A stretch of 61,676 nt of DNA from Candidatus Latescibacterota bacterium (GTDB taxonomy: Bacteria; Latescibacterota; UBA2968; UBA8231), in assembly GCA_965203355.1 (NCBI GenBank), contig CBDBCT010000002.1, forward strand, positions 1 through 61,676, read 5' to 3'. This document shows positions 37,941 to 49,600 of the stretch, in pieces (positions within the stretch are counted from its first letter, which is position 1; each line of letters opens with the position of its first letter). The notes under the pieces were generated by a model that saw nothing but the letters and a program-made list of their open reading frames with translations, ran no database searches and was not told the origin of the DNA. Made by a program: the position numbers and the translations under genes.

Positions 37941-40878
37941 GCTAAACGCGACAGACTTCGGCCCGTTTTTCCGCGAGTTATGGGATTATCGGCCCTTTGC
38001 TTGGCAGCAAGCCTTGGTCGATAGGGTGCTGGGTTGTCCAGCGAAGCCTTGGCCCGAAGCTATTGCCTTGCCGACAGCAGCGGGCAAGACCGCGTGCTTG
38101 GACATTGCGGTATTCGCGTTAGCAGCTCAGGCGTCTCGGTTGGCCCAGAAGCAACACATCACGGCACCGCGGCGCGTGTTCTTGGTCGTAGATCGGCGCG
38201 TAATCGTGGACCAAGCATACGAGCGGGCCCAGCTGCTAGCTGAACGTCTTGCCGACGCTGAGGTCGGCATCCTCAAGCGCGTGGCCGATGGACTACGTCA
38301 GATCGCCCACGGGGCGGCGGACGGGTTCGAGGAGGCCCGGCCGTTGGCTGCTTATGTATTGCGCGGCGGCATGTACCGTTCGGAGGCTTGGATGAACAGT
38401 CCGCTTCAACCCATGGTGATGGCCTCGACGGTCGATCAGCTCGGCTCCCGCCTGTTGTTTCGCGCCTATGGCCGCGGCCCTAGCACATGGCCGATAGCCG
38501 CGGGGTTGGTCTCCAACGACAGCCTGATTTTGCTCGACGAGGCGCATTGCGCCCAGCCATTCCTGCAAACCTTGCAAGCGGTGCGGTGCTATCAAAATTG
38601 GGGTCGCACTCCGCTCGGGCGACCCTTTTATCCGGTGGTGATGTCAGCGACACCGCCGCCAGGGATGGACCTATTCGAGGACCTATCCGAAGAAAGCCGC
38701 GATCCCGCTCATCTACTTGGCCGACGTTGTCTAGCGCAAAAGCCTGCCATGCTGAAGACCGTCGAAAAGGCCAAGGGAAAGCAGGCCACAAGTATATTGG
38801 CTCGGGCTTTGACCGACGCGGCCTTGGAGCTTGTCGGGGAGAACCGCCGCGCTATCGCAGTGTTCGTCAACCGCGTCGCCACGGCGCGAGCGACCTATTG
38901 TCTGCTCTACGGCCGGGCGGACCTTGACGCCGTATTGCTAACGGGGCGGATGCGCCCCGTTGATAAGAATGACTTGGTTGAGCAACGCTTGAAACCCCTC
39001 GAATCCGGTCAGTCGGCCCGACGCACACTGGCAAAGCCGGTGATTGTCGTGGCTACCCAAACCCTGGAAGTCGGGGCCGATCTCGATTTCGATGGCTTGG
39101 TGACCGAGTGCGCCAGTCTCGACGCGCTGCGCCAGCGTTTCGGTCGCTTGAACCGCATGGGGCGGGCGATTGACGCACGAGCGATGATACTAGTACGCGG
39201 TGATCAGGCCGATGAGAACAAAAAGCAGGTCGATCCTGTTTACGGAGAGGCCTTGACCCATACTTGGACTTGGCTCAACGAGTGCAAGAACGAAAACGGT
39301 GAGGTGGATTTCGGGATCGCTCCTATCGAGGAGAAGCTGCCAAAGGGCGATACCCTTTCTGCACTCAACGCGCCGTCCGCCGATGCTCCGGTGATGCTTC
39401 CCGCCCACGTCGATTGCTGGGCGCAGACGGCACCGGCACCACAACCTTCGCCCGATGTGGCGTCGTTTCTACATGGGCCTCGCGAAGGCGCAGCCGATGT
39501 GCAGGTCTGCTGGCGTGCTGATTTGGATTTGATCCAAAAAAAGAAGACGGCACTGGAACGTCTGGCCTTGTGCCCGCCTAGCAGCGGCGAAGTGCTACCG
39601 GTGCCGATTGGCGTGTTTAGACGTTGGCTGGCCGGAGAGGACGCCGCAGACGACAGTGCCGATGTGGAAGGGGGCGGAGTAGAGGATGGCTCACGCGAGA
39701 ACGGTGCGTTCCCAGTGGTGCGGTGGCGGGGGGCCGAAACCGAAGTCGAACACATCACCGCAGACCCTAAGGCGATTTGTCCAGGCGACATCATCGTGAT
39801 TCCGACCAGTCATCCGGGGCCGCCCAGTCAACTCGGCGACCTGCCGCCGGATGCCCCGCTAGACGTAGGCGACCGGGCCTACCGTCTTGGGCGGGCTAAG
39901 CCCATCCTGCGTCTACACCCGGCTCTGGTGGATGCCTGGCCGGATTCCGTTAAAGAGACCGCTCGTGAGTTATTGAAAGACTTGGAGCAAAAGTACGAGG
40001 ACGACGAGCTTGACGATGCCTTGCGCGATCTTCTAACAGTGCTTTCCGATTTGCCCGAACCGCTTTGGCTAGCGGAAGTTGCCAGCGAACTCTGCCAGGA
40101 GTTTTCTAGGGCGAGACTTCAATCTCACCTAGTCGGAGGCAATAGTTTGGTGCTCGTTGGCCGCCGCATACCGCAACTGGCCGCTCAAGCCGACAACTTC
40201 AGCGATGAGGACGACGTCAGTGCGTCGGGTATTTCGCACCGCAATGGGCGTCCTGTCAAGCTGCGGCGGCACCTTTGCGGCGTCGAAGAAATGGCTCGTC
40301 GCCATGCCGCGGCCAGCGGCTTGCCCGAGGATTTAGTCGAAGCCATCGCCTGCGCTGGCCTGTTGCACGATTTGGGCAAAGCCGATCCTCGATTTCAGTC
40401 TTTGTTGCAGGGCGGCACTCGCTGGTTGGGCGGAGAGTATCTCGCTAAATCCGCCCAGATGCCCAAGACCCACGCGGCCCGCAATCGCGCCTATGCGGAC
40501 GCTGGGTACCCTAAGGGAGGTCGGCACGAACTGCTTTCGGTGCGTCTAGCCGAAAGCGCGGCAGAGCTTTTGCCGACAAGGGACGATCTGCGCGACTTGG
40601 TCCTCCATTTGATTGCCAGCCATCACGGCCGCTGTCGGCCGTTTGCGCCGGTGATATTTGACGAGCCGGGCGTGGATGTAGATTTCGAGTTGTATAGCCA
40701 GCGGCTGCACTGGTCTGGCTCTACTAATCTTGAACGCCTCGACTCTGGCGTGGCGGATCGCTACTGGCGGTTGGTTCGACGCTATGGTTGGTGGGGGCTG
40801 GCTTGGCTCGAAGCGCTGCTGCGCCTCGCCGATTGGCAGCAGAGCGAATGGGAGGAGACGCGCAATGACGGCCAGTAA
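37933..40878 (+). CDS. cas3: Type I-G Cas3 (helicase with C-terminal HD nuclease)
   Basis: LPTAAGKT, LDEAH, MSAT, QRFGRLNR, HDLGKAD, RHELLS, SHHG. Confidence 0.94.
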   Translation: MPELNATDFGPFFRELWDYRPFAWQQALVDRVLGCPAKPWPEAIALPTAAGKTACLDIAVFALAAQASRLAQKQHITAPRRVFLVVDRRVIVDQAYERAQLLAERLADAEVGILKRVADGLRQIAHGAADGFEEARPLAAYVLRGGMYRSEAWMNSPLQPMVMASTVDQLGSRLLFRAYGRGPSTWPIAAGLVSNDSLILLDEAHCAQPFLQTLQAVRCYQNWGRTPLGRPFYPVVMSATPPPGMDLFEDLSEESRDPAHLLGRRCLAQKPAMLKTVEKAKGKQATSILARALTDAALELVGENRRAIAVFVNRVATARATYCLLYGRADLDAVLLTGRMRPVDKNDLVEQRLKPLESGQSARRTLAKPVIVVATQTLEVGADLDFDGLVTECASLDALRQRFGRLNRMGRAIDARAMILVRGDQADENKKQVDPVYGEALTHTWTWLNECKNENGEVDFGIAPIEEKLPKGDTLSALNAPSADAPVMLPAHVDCWAQTAPAPQPSPDVASFLHGPREGAADVQVCWRADLDLIQKKKTALERLALCPPSSGEVLPVPIGVFRRWLAGEDAADDSADVEGGGVEDGSRENGAFPVVRWRGAETEVEHITADPKAICPGDIIVIPTSHPGPPSQLGDLPPDAPLDVGDRAYRLGRAKPILRLHPALVDAWPDSVKETARELLKDLEQKYEDDELDDALRDLLTVLSDLPEPLWLAEVASELCQEFSRARLQSHLVGGNSLVLVGRRIPQLAAQADNFSDEDDVSASGISHRNGRPVKLRRHLCGVEEMARRHAAASGLPEDLVEAIACAGLLHDLGKADPRFQSLLQGGTRWLGGEYLAKSAQMPKTHAARNRAYADAGYPKGGRHELLSVRLAESAAELLPTRDDLRDLVLHLIASHHGRCRPFAPVIFDEPGVDVDFELYSQRLHWSGSTNLERLDSGVADRYWRLVRRYGWWGLAWLEALLRLADWQQSEWEETRNDGQ

Positions 40879-41773
40879 ATCCCTGCTCCTGAACGGTCTG
40901 GATGGAAGCAATCCTCTCGGCTTTCTCGCGGCGATCGGCACGTTGAGGAGTGCTACCCGTGCAGATTCCTCTGCCGAGTGGAAGCTAAGTTGGCAAATAC
41001 ATGGCGGGACTTGGTCGCCTGCGCTCCATGGAAGTGTGCCGCTAACAGCGGATAGCTTGATCGAACTCCTGATGCCTGCCTTAAAGAAGATGGATGGCGA
41101 TCCAGCCTTGAATTTTGACCTTGATCTGACGCTGACTCGCGAACAGTTCCGGTGCGTGGCTCAAGATGCCCACGACAAGGCGACTTTCGCTGACCGGCAC
41201 TATGCAGATTTTATTGCCGCCTTTGGTTGCGATAGCCTTTCTATATCCGATCAGGATCCAAAAATTCAGGACACTGCTCTACGAACCATGAGCGGAGCGG
41301 GACATCAACACTTCATCGGTTCCATGCAGGAACTCGCGAAAAATACCGAATCAGATCATCTGCATAGCTCGCTGTTCGAGCTATGGCAATATCCAGATCC
41401 CAAGCCGAGTCTTCGCTGGGATCCAGCAGATGATCGCCGACATGCTTTGCGTTGGAAGGCTCCTAAAGACGACCCGGTGCAGACGATGCGTGGTGCTAAC
41501 CGTCTCGCCGTAGAAGCACTGCCCCTTTTTCCCACCGCACCTGTAGAACGGCAACTACATACGACTGGCTTTAGTGATGTGCGGTTTTCGTGGCCAATCT
41601 GGGAAGGAGCTTTGAACCTTGAAGTCGTGCGGTCCCTGCTCAGCTTGGCCGAGTTGCAAAAACCCCGACCAGACCGCAAGCGTCTTTTAGCGTTAGGCGT
41701 TGTCGAGATTTACCGGAGTCAACGAATTACTAGGGACAAATATCGCAACTTCACGCTTGCTATACCTGCATGA
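40865..41773 (+). CDS. cas8g: Type I-G short large subunit Cas8g (Csb3/Cas8u2-like)
   Basis: GLDGSNPLGFLAAIG, LRWDP, GANRLAVEALP, FSWPIW; located after cas3. Confidence 0.8.
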   Translation: MTASKSLLLNGLDGSNPLGFLAAIGTLRSATRADSSAEWKLSWQIHGGTWSPALHGSVPLTADSLIELLMPALKKMDGDPALNFDLDLTLTREQFRCVAQDAHDKATFADRHYADFIAAFGCDSLSISDQDPKIQDTALRTMSGAGHQHFIGSMQELAKNTESDHLHSSLFELWQYPDPKPSLRWDPADDRRHALRWKAPKDDPVQTMRGANRLAVEALPLFPTAPVERQLHTTGFSDVRFSWPIWEGALNLEVVRSLLSLAELQKPRPDRKRLLALGVVEIYRSQRITRDKYRNFTLAIPA

Positions 41774-41896
41774 CCCATGACCGCCAGTGCTCCTTGGAAG
41801 TGCCTAGGTTGCCCGCGCCCAAGACGCCCGTTAGCTACTAGGCATTGAGGCGAGGACCTATACTCGTCAGCGACTGGATACCTCAAAGGCGACTCC

Positions 41897-43597
41897 ATGA
41901 CTCGCGCCCGCCAACTCCTCCTCCCCTTACCACCCCCGCCAGCTAACGCGAACACCCCGCTCGTCCCGGCCCGCATGATCAACGAGTGGGTCTATTGCCC
42001 GCGGCTTGCCTATTTGGAATGGGTGGAAGGAGAGTGGGCCGAGAGCGGGGACACGGCCGAGGGACGGCGTGCCCATGTCGGAGTGGATGCGGGCGGGGGC
42101 CGCTTGCCGGTGCCTGACGAGCTGGGCGAGGAAGTGGCTCGGGCCCGAGCGGTTACTATGTCCTCGGAGCGCCTCGGGGTCATTGCCAAGATGGATGTCG
42201 TGGAGGCCGCTGGGGGAATCGCCATGCCCGTGGATTTTAAGAAGGGCAAACGGCCCCACGTTGCTATGGGGGCATACGAACCGGAGCGCGTCCAGATTTG
42301 CACCCAAGCCATGATCTTGGAAGACAACGGCTACAAGGTCGAGCAGGGGGTGCTTTGGTACGCCGGCTCTCGCGAGCGGGTGCCGGTTGTGCTCGACGAT
42401 GAACTCCGCGCCCAGACCTTGGAGGCGATTGCCGGCCTGCGCTCTGCTGCGGCTAGTGGTCGTCGGCCAAGGCCGCTCGAGAATAGTCCCAAGTGCCCGC
42501 GCTGTTCGCTGGCTGGAATCTGCCTGCCGGACGAGACCAACCTGTTCCGCAAGGGCTATCCGCCGCGCCCGCTGAACCCGTCCGACGATCCAGCCCTGCC
42601 GCTCTACGTGCAGACGCCGGGGGCGCGGCTGCGCAAAAGTGGCGAGTGCTTGGTTGTGGAGACCAAAGAAGAAACCGTAGAAGTGCCCCTGATCGACGTT
42701 TCCCAAGTCGCCCTATTCGGCCCAGTCTCGGTGACCACGCCGGCCTTACACGCACTGATGCGTGCCGAAGTTCCAGTGTCGTGGTTTTCCACCGGCGGCT
42801 GGTTCCTCGGCCACACCGTGGGGACTGGCCATGGCAATGTGGCGGTGCGCGAGGCCCAGTACCGGGCGGCCTTTGACGAGCGCAGCCGCCTCGCATTTGC
42901 GCGGGACTTGGTGGTGGCCAAGGTGCGTAATTCGCGCACGATGTTGCGTCGCAACTGGCGCGTTAGTGGGGACGCGGAGGCCAAAAATGGAGCTTTGGCT
43001 CGGTTAAAGCGAATTGCCCAGCGGGTGCCTCGCGCCCAAGATAGCCAACAACTGCTGGGGATTGAAGGCGAGGCCGCGGCGATTTATTTTACTTGCTTTG
43101 AGAACATGATCGCCGCGGACTTGGCGGGGTTTTCTTTTTCCACGCGCAATCGGCGTCCGCCCACCGATCCGGTGAATGCGATGTTGTCGCTGGCCTATGC
43201 CTTGTTGACCCGGGTTTTCACGACCGCGATTTCGGCGACCGGCCTAGATCCCTACATGGGCCTCTACCATCGCCCGCGCCACTGCCGCCCGGCCTTAGCC
43301 CTCGATTTGATGGAGCCCTTTCGGCCCATTGTCGCCGATTCCTGCGTAATCCAAGCGGTCAACAATGGTGAGGTCAAACCGGGTGACTTTGTGTTCAACG
43401 GCCCGGCTTGCTCGCTCAAGACCGGCGGGCGCAAGGCGTTCATCGCCGCATTCGAGCGTCGCATGGAGCAGGAAACCACGCATCCACTTTTTGGCTATCG
43501 CGTCTCCATGCGGCGGCTAATTGAGGTGCAGGCTCGATTGCTCGCACGGCATTTGCAGGGCGAAATTGTCCCCTACCCGCATTATCTTCCTCGATAG
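41897..43597 (+). CDS. cas4/cas1: Cas4-Cas1 fusion
   Basis: VYCPR, DFKKG, CPRCSLAGIC; GIEGEAA, NRRPPTDPVNAMLS, ALDLMEPFR. Confidence 0.95.
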   Translation: MTRARQLLLPLPPPPANANTPLVPARMINEWVYCPRLAYLEWVEGEWAESGDTAEGRRAHVGVDAGGGRLPVPDELGEEVARARAVTMSSERLGVIAKMDVVEAAGGIAMPVDFKKGKRPHVAMGAYEPERVQICTQAMILEDNGYKVEQGVLWYAGSRERVPVVLDDELRAQTLEAIAGLRSAAASGRRPRPLENSPKCPRCSLAGICLPDETNLFRKGYPPRPLNPSDDPALPLYVQTPGARLRKSGECLVVETKEETVEVPLIDVSQVALFGPVSVTTPALHALMRAEVPVSWFSTGGWFLGHTVGTGHGNVAVREAQYRAAFDERSRLAFARDLVVAKVRNSRTMLRRNWRVSGDAEAKNGALARLKRIAQRVPRAQDSQQLLGIEGEAAAIYFTCFENMIAADLAGFSFSTRNRRPPTDPVNAMLSLAYALLTRVFTTAISATGLDPYMGLYHRPRHCRPALALDLMEPFRPIVADSCVIQAVNNGEVKPGDFVFNGPACSLKTGGRKAFIAAFERRMEQETTHPLFGYRVSMRRLIEVQARLLARHLQGEIVPYPHYLPR

Positions 43598-43602
43598 CGA
43601 AT

Positions 43603-43896
43603 ATGGCCAACGAGCGTCTTTATATTGTCGCATACGACATTGCCGAGCCCAAGCGTTGGCGGCGTGTGTTCAAAGTGATGAAAGGCTATGGGCACTGGCT
43701 ACAGTTGTCGGTTTTCCAGTGTCGGCTGACGGCCCGGCGACGCGCCGAGATGACCGTGCGGTTGGAAGATTCGATCAAATTGGCGGAGGATCACATCTTA
43801 ATCGTGGACTTGGGGCCTGCTGACCGAGTTGATCCCTTGGTAGAAAGTCTGGGCAAGACATACCAAGTGCCAAGTCGGCAAGCGACAATTGTTTAG
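43603..43896 (+). CDS. cas2: Cas2
   Basis: YIVAYDI, LQLSVFQC. Confidence 0.96.
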   Translation: MANERLYIVAYDIAEPKRWRRVFKVMKGYGHWLQLSVFQCRLTARRRAEMTVRLEDSIKLAEDHILIVDLGPADRVDPLVESLGKTYQVPSRQATIV

Positions 43897-44105
43897 CGGA
43901 GCATCTGCCGTGTCTCCTGCGAGTGCTACAGTAGGGGGCAAAAGGCCGGTAGCCCTCGCATTGAGTTTTCTATTTGATTATTAAAGAGATAGGTCGTATT
44001 ATGCTATGTGTTTGGAGAATCCTTCGGAGGCCTGATAGACCACAGCGTCGAGTGCTCGCAAAGTGTGGGATAAACTCAAGCCGCACAAGAGGTTCCGAAG
44101 GGGAA
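43897..44105 (+). promoter_or_regulatory. CRISPR leader
   Basis: Non-coding, partly AT-rich segment between cas2 and the first repeat. Confidence 0.75.
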
Positions 44106-46548
44106 GTTTTCCGGGGTTTCTTCGCCCCGGCCTCATTGAAGCCCGGACACGCGGCCAACCGCGCCGGGTGGATCGGCCCACCGTTTTCCGGGGTTTCTTC
44201 GCCCCGGCCTCATTGAAGCACGAGGTCCTCACGCAGATAGGAGACTGATCATGGCCGTTTTCCGGGGTTTCTTCGCCCCGGCCTCATTGAAGCTGGCGTG
44301 TCCCAGCGGCCTATCCGTGTGTGCCCGTGGTTTTCCGGGGTTTCTTCGCCCCGGCCTCATTGAAGCATCATGACCCAATTGGATCTACAATTTGCCGGGG
44401 GTTTTCCGGGGTTTCTTCGCCCCGGCCTCATTGAAGCGGCCTTTGAGCCGTTAGGCTCAATCAGAGTGTTGAAGTTTTCCGGGGTTTCTTCGCCCCGGCC
44501 TCATTGAAGCGACCGGTAGTTGAGTTTGATGCGAACCAATCACGCAAGTTTTCCGGGGTTTCTTCGCCCCGGCCTCATTGAAGCATTTGTTAGATTATGT
44601 TGTGCGCTTGGGAATTGGCCGTTTTCCGGGGTTTCTTCGCCCCGGCCTCATTGAAGCCGGCGTCAAGCCCGGGGTGCGCCAGGAGGCCACTAACCTGGTT
44701 TTCCGGGGTTTCTTCGCCCCGGCCTCATTGAAGCCTGATAGACAAGGTTCCAAACGGCATGTCGGTCATGGTTTTCCGGGGTTTCTTCGCCCCGGCCTCA
44801 TTGAAGCAAACTGTACGAGTTGCCGACAGAAACTTTGCCGGCTGCCGTTTTCCGGGGTTTCTTCGCCCCGGCCTCATTGAAGCGGAGTAGCCAAGCTCCG
44901 AGAGGACGCTTTCGACCAGCCGTTTTCCGGGGTTTCTTCGCCCCGGCCTCATTGAAGCGGTTGCCTTCGCTTCGGTTCCCTTCGCTTCGTCCAGCTACGT
45001 TTTCCGGGGTTTCTTCGCCCCGGCCTCATTGAAGCCAGTACCGGCTGGCCGTCTCGTACTGCTCGGTTATCGTTTTCCGGGGTTTCTTCGCCCCGGCCTC
45101 ATTGAAGCTAAGTGGTTCAATTCATAAAGCGTACGGAATTGTAACAGTTTTCCGGGGTTTCTTCGCCCCGGCCTCATTGAAGCATTTGTAATGTCGATTC
45201 TCTGACCCCTGGCCCACTGCGTTTTCCGGGGTTTCTTCGCCCCGGCCTCATTGAAGCGACCTTCGCGTCCTTCAAGAGCCCTTGCAGGCGGGTGATGTTT
45301 TCCGGGGTTTCTTCGCCCCGGCCTCATTGAAGCGTTTGTCGTTTTGCTAAAGTTTGACATGGATTTCTCCTGTTTTCCGGGGTTTCTTCGCCCCGGCCTC
45401 ATTGAAGCCTGGTCTGGGCGGAAATAGCGCAACTCGAATTGCTTGTTTTCCGGGGTTTCTTCGCCCCGGCCTCATTGAAGCATCGTCGGAGGGCTACCGT
45501 ATCCGCGAGCAGTTCGCCCGTTTTCCGGGGTTTCTTCGCCCCGGCCTCATTGAAGCGGTTGCTTACGTACCAAAGCAAAGCCGAAAATGACCACGTTTTC
45601 CGGGGTTTCTTCGCCCCGGCCTCATTGAAGCACTGGCCTGTGGATTTGTCGCTATATCGGCCCCGCTGTTTTCCGGGGTTTCTTCGCCCCGGCCTCATTG
45701 AAGCACCCGGTAGGGATGGCTCGCTATCTGACGACCGCGCAGTTTTCCGGGGTTTCTTCGCCCCGGCCTCATTGAAGCTACTCACGCCACAATCGCGCCA
45801 CAAACGCGGCAAACCGCCGTTTTCCGGGGTTTCTTCGCCCCGGCCTCATTGAAGCCCTGAGTAGGTCGGCGATGCGCCGGTAGCATTTGGCGGTTTTCCG
45901 GGGTTTCTTCGCCCCGGCCTCATTGAAGCCCCTTGCCTTGCCTTGCCGCTTGCCGCCTTGCCGCCTGTTTTCCGGGGTTTCTTCGCCCCGGCCTCATTGA
46001 AGCTTTGAGTTAGTCGCTTACGATCTCTAGTTCGGCGGCGGTTTTCCGGGGTTTCTTCGCCCCGGCCTCATTGAAGCGGTCACGGGCAACGCCTGCGCGC
46101 CGTTGCGGCGTAGCGGTTTTCCGGGGTTTCTTCGCCCCGGCCTCATTGAAGCTTGTTGAAGGCGGACGTCACCGCCGAGGGCAGTGAAGTTTTCCGGGGT
46201 TTCTTCGCCCCGGCCTCATTGAAGCGACAAGCAGCCGTTGACCCGTGCCGCCCCGTGGGGTCATTTCCGGGGGTTTTTCGCCCCGGCCTCATTGGAGGAA
46301 GCACTGAAGTAAGTCTATAGACCCCAATGTTCAGTATCGTGTTTCTGGCACTTCCGGGGGGTTGCCTCGGCCTCATTTCAGCTCCGAGGGGGTGTGACAA
46401 AGGGTGTATAATTTTGTTAGTAGTGTGCTATTTCCGGTTTTTCTTGCCTCGTCTTCATAGGGGAATCGAGTGGCGCGATAAAAGGCGAAGTGCTCCGTTA
46501 GTTAGCACAGCGCTATTTCCGCCTTTTTTGCCTCGGCCTCATTGCAGC
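44106..46548 (+). CRISPR. Type I-G array: 29 perfect 37-nt repeats plus 4 degenerate trailer repeats
   Basis: GTTTTCCGGGGTTTCTTCGCCCCGGCCTCATTGAAGC from 44106 to 46225, spacers 34-40 nt; degenerate units at 46262, 46349, 46429, 46514. Confidence 0.98.
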
Positions 46549-46638
46549 AACGTCGCCGTCAAAATCAGGCATTGTTAATACGGCTCGAAGAGTTCGGACG
46601 CTACAGGGATGGAAAGGGTCGGAGCGTTCGGCCGGGCC

Positions 46639-49600
46639 TTAAACCTCGTCGAGGTCTGGTCGCTCGCCGCGGGTCAGTTGGTCGTAGGCGCGGAGGACGT
46701 AGCGTTGGGTGCGGTACTCGCCGAACTCCTGGGTCTCGTTGCGTTTGAGGGCCGGGAAGGATGCGCTCGGCGCGGGCGCGTCTAAAATCCATTCGAGATC
46801 GGCGCGGTCTAGCTGGTATAGGTGCGCGAAAAGGGCGTCGAGTTCGCACTTGAGGCGGTGGCGGCGGTCGTCGTCGTAGGAAAAGGGCGGCCCGTCGTAG
46901 CCCAAGTCGCGGGCAAACCCTTCGAGGTCGGCGGCGGTGTAGGTCAGTTCCAAGACGCGGGGGACGATGAGTTCGACGTATCGGAGGCCGGGGAGCACCT
47001 CTTCGAGATAGGCTTCGGGCGGCAGGACGGGAAGTTGTTTGACGATGAAAAAGGCCATATTGACACCCCCTATCGACGAGCGGGTAGCCCAGTCGAGGGG
47101 AAGGCTGTTCATGTTCGCCAAGACCAACGCAGAAGCGATTGCTCGCGCCTGATCGTAATCCACAACCGCAGAGCTATGACCCACGGCACCCCGGAGAATA
47201 TTCCCGGAGACAATAGTCCGCTCATTCGTGGCGTTGGTGATGTTGCGGAAAACCTGAAGCCACTTTGAGTAGTCGATATGCAAGAGAGGTGCTTTATGGT
47301 TCATAGCTGAGATTCCCGTTGCTACCGTAAAGATGGCTGTCCGCTGGTTGGTTGGGCCGGAAATGTCGCGGAAGACAAGCCGCCAACGCTGATGGTCGTT
47401 CCCGAATCGCCCAGACCAAAATACGGCATCACGGCGAAGATTCCCGTCCGCTCGTTGGTCGCGTTGGTAATTTTCCTGAGAGCGAGCTGCGAGCCAATTC
47501 GGTAAGCATAGAGAGCGTGCGTGCGTGCGTGCGTGACGCAATCAGTGGGATCACTTCGGTTTTATTAAGTCTTTTTTCGACTTCTTCCGCCGGCACCCAA
47601 TAGCGGGGGAGCGGCACGGCCTGCGCGTCGGCTTTTTCCGCGGCCGTCATGGGCCGGGCGTTGCCGCCTTTGAGGTCTTTGGCCGCAACGCCTTCAAACG
47701 TGGCAAAGCGATGATCGTACTGGTGGAACAGCTTCGCTTCGTACAGGGGGAGAAAGCATTCCGGCTCGGCGTCCCCACGCACGAACACATTGCCCACAAG
47801 CTGCCAGCCCGCTTCTTCCAACTGCTCGCGGGTGCGAAAGAGGCCAGAGTCATTGGACATGTGGAACATACTGGAAAACTTCACGCCCCACGGGTTCACC
47901 TCCGGCTCGGCCCCTTTCGCCTCCTTCCAGAGCACCCCGGCGCGGCCGTACATCTTGCGGGCAATTTCCATGTCGCGCCGCGTGCGAAAGATGGGGCACG
48001 TGCGGGTGTTGGGATTGAACAGGGCAAAATCCTCAGCCGACAGGGTGAACCGCCGCGCTGAATCGCGCAGTTGCTCGGCTTGGTACAGGAAGAAGGCGAA
48101 CTCGGCCGGGGAAACAGGGCACTCGGCGCCGGTCAGCGTGAGCAGGCAGAATTTGATGCGGCTGTCTATGCTTGGGAAAACCTTTTCCCGATTTTCAAAA
48201 TCGTAGAGACTAACGAGCCGCTGGCTGGCGACCATTTTGTCGAAAAACGCTTTGGTCGAATTGTCGGTGGCAATGCCGGTCGGCACAATCAGGCCGGCGC
48301 GCCCGCGCGGCCCAATCAACGCAAAGAACAGCTCGGCAAACACCGCATACGTGTTGACATCGCCGACGCCCGCCAGCGGGAATCTACCTCCCGTGCGGAC
48401 AAACTGACTGGTGGCCTCGGCTTGCCGTTGTGCCACTTGGAACTCGGCAAAAAGGGCCTTTTCGTCCGGCCGGGCGTCCTCGCGGACCAACTGCTTGATG
48501 AGGCGGGCGCGGGCGGCTTTGTTGGGTGCTTGCGCGATGTCAGGCGACCGCGCCGCGAAAAATTCCTGCTCCTGCAACTTGATGCGTTCCCACGGCGGAT
48601 TCCCCAACACCACGTCAAACCCCCCATCCTGCATAATCTCGGCAAAGGCCAGATGCCAATGAAAAAAGCCGTGCTGCTCGGCGAGTTCGCACGCCGCCTC
48701 GCCGACGCCGGGCCGCATGACCAAACCGGCCTGGAGGCGATTGAAGTCCTCAGCAAACGGCACGGCGTCTGCGCTGCTCGGCGTCTTGGGCGCAAAATAC
48801 GCCCCGACAAACAGATCGGCCCGCAGTTTCTCTTGGCGGCGATCGATGGCCGCATATGCCGTGCGCTTGCGATCTACATCCTCAATCGTTTCCTCGGGCA
48901 TATCGTCGAGGTCTAGAGTCGCCACCGCCACTTCCAACAAGCTGTCTGAGTCAAACAAATCGCCCTGCACCGCATCGCCCACTTGGCGATTGCGCTTCCT
49001 AAGCTCGGCACAGACTTCCTTGTCATCGCCTTTCAAGGGCTTGTACGCGGCCGGCGGAATGCCGTTGGCCATGCTCTGCGGGTCGAGTACGCCGACGAGG
49101 CTGTCGCCGTGCCGAATGTGCGCGTGGAGAAAGGTCAGCGGCTTGCCCGGCTGCACCGCCTCGATCCACAAAGCGGTCTGGCACAACTCAACCGCCAGCC
49201 GATTGCGGTCCACGCCATAGATGCAATGCTGCACCACGGACCGCAGGGCTTGCTGATGAGCGGCCTCGCCGCTTGCCGCTTCGCAGCGGACTATTTCGGC
49301 CGCCATGCGCCGGGCGGCCGCCAAGAGGAAATGACCCGAGCCGCAGGCCGGATCGATGACCCGCAAGGCGAGAATTGCTTTGCGCGGATTTTCAGGATGC
49401 TCGGCGACCGCTGCGGCCAGCACCGGCTCCAACGTCGATTTGATCAGCTCGTTGACGAGGGACGCGGGCGTGTAGTACGAACCGGTGAGCTTGCGCTCGG
49501 AGCCTTTGCCCTTTTCGCGGCTGAGGCCATCGCCAACAAAGCCAAAAGTCCAAGGCGTCGCGTTCACATCTACCACCGGCTGAAGCTCCAACAGGCTTTC

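Noticed and set aside
40200-40878. HD domain at the C-terminus of Cas3, and the Cas4-Cas1 fusion
   Set aside because: Both are normal for type I-G.
44959-44998. Spacer 12 shares tgccttcgc and gtccagctac with 28137-28162
   Set aside because: Two short gapped matches in low-complexity sequence, not a protospacer. I saw no convincing self-targeting spacer by eye; a computed search is needed.
44063-46400. Many short ORFs on both strands across the array
   Set aside because: They are translations of the CRISPR repeats.
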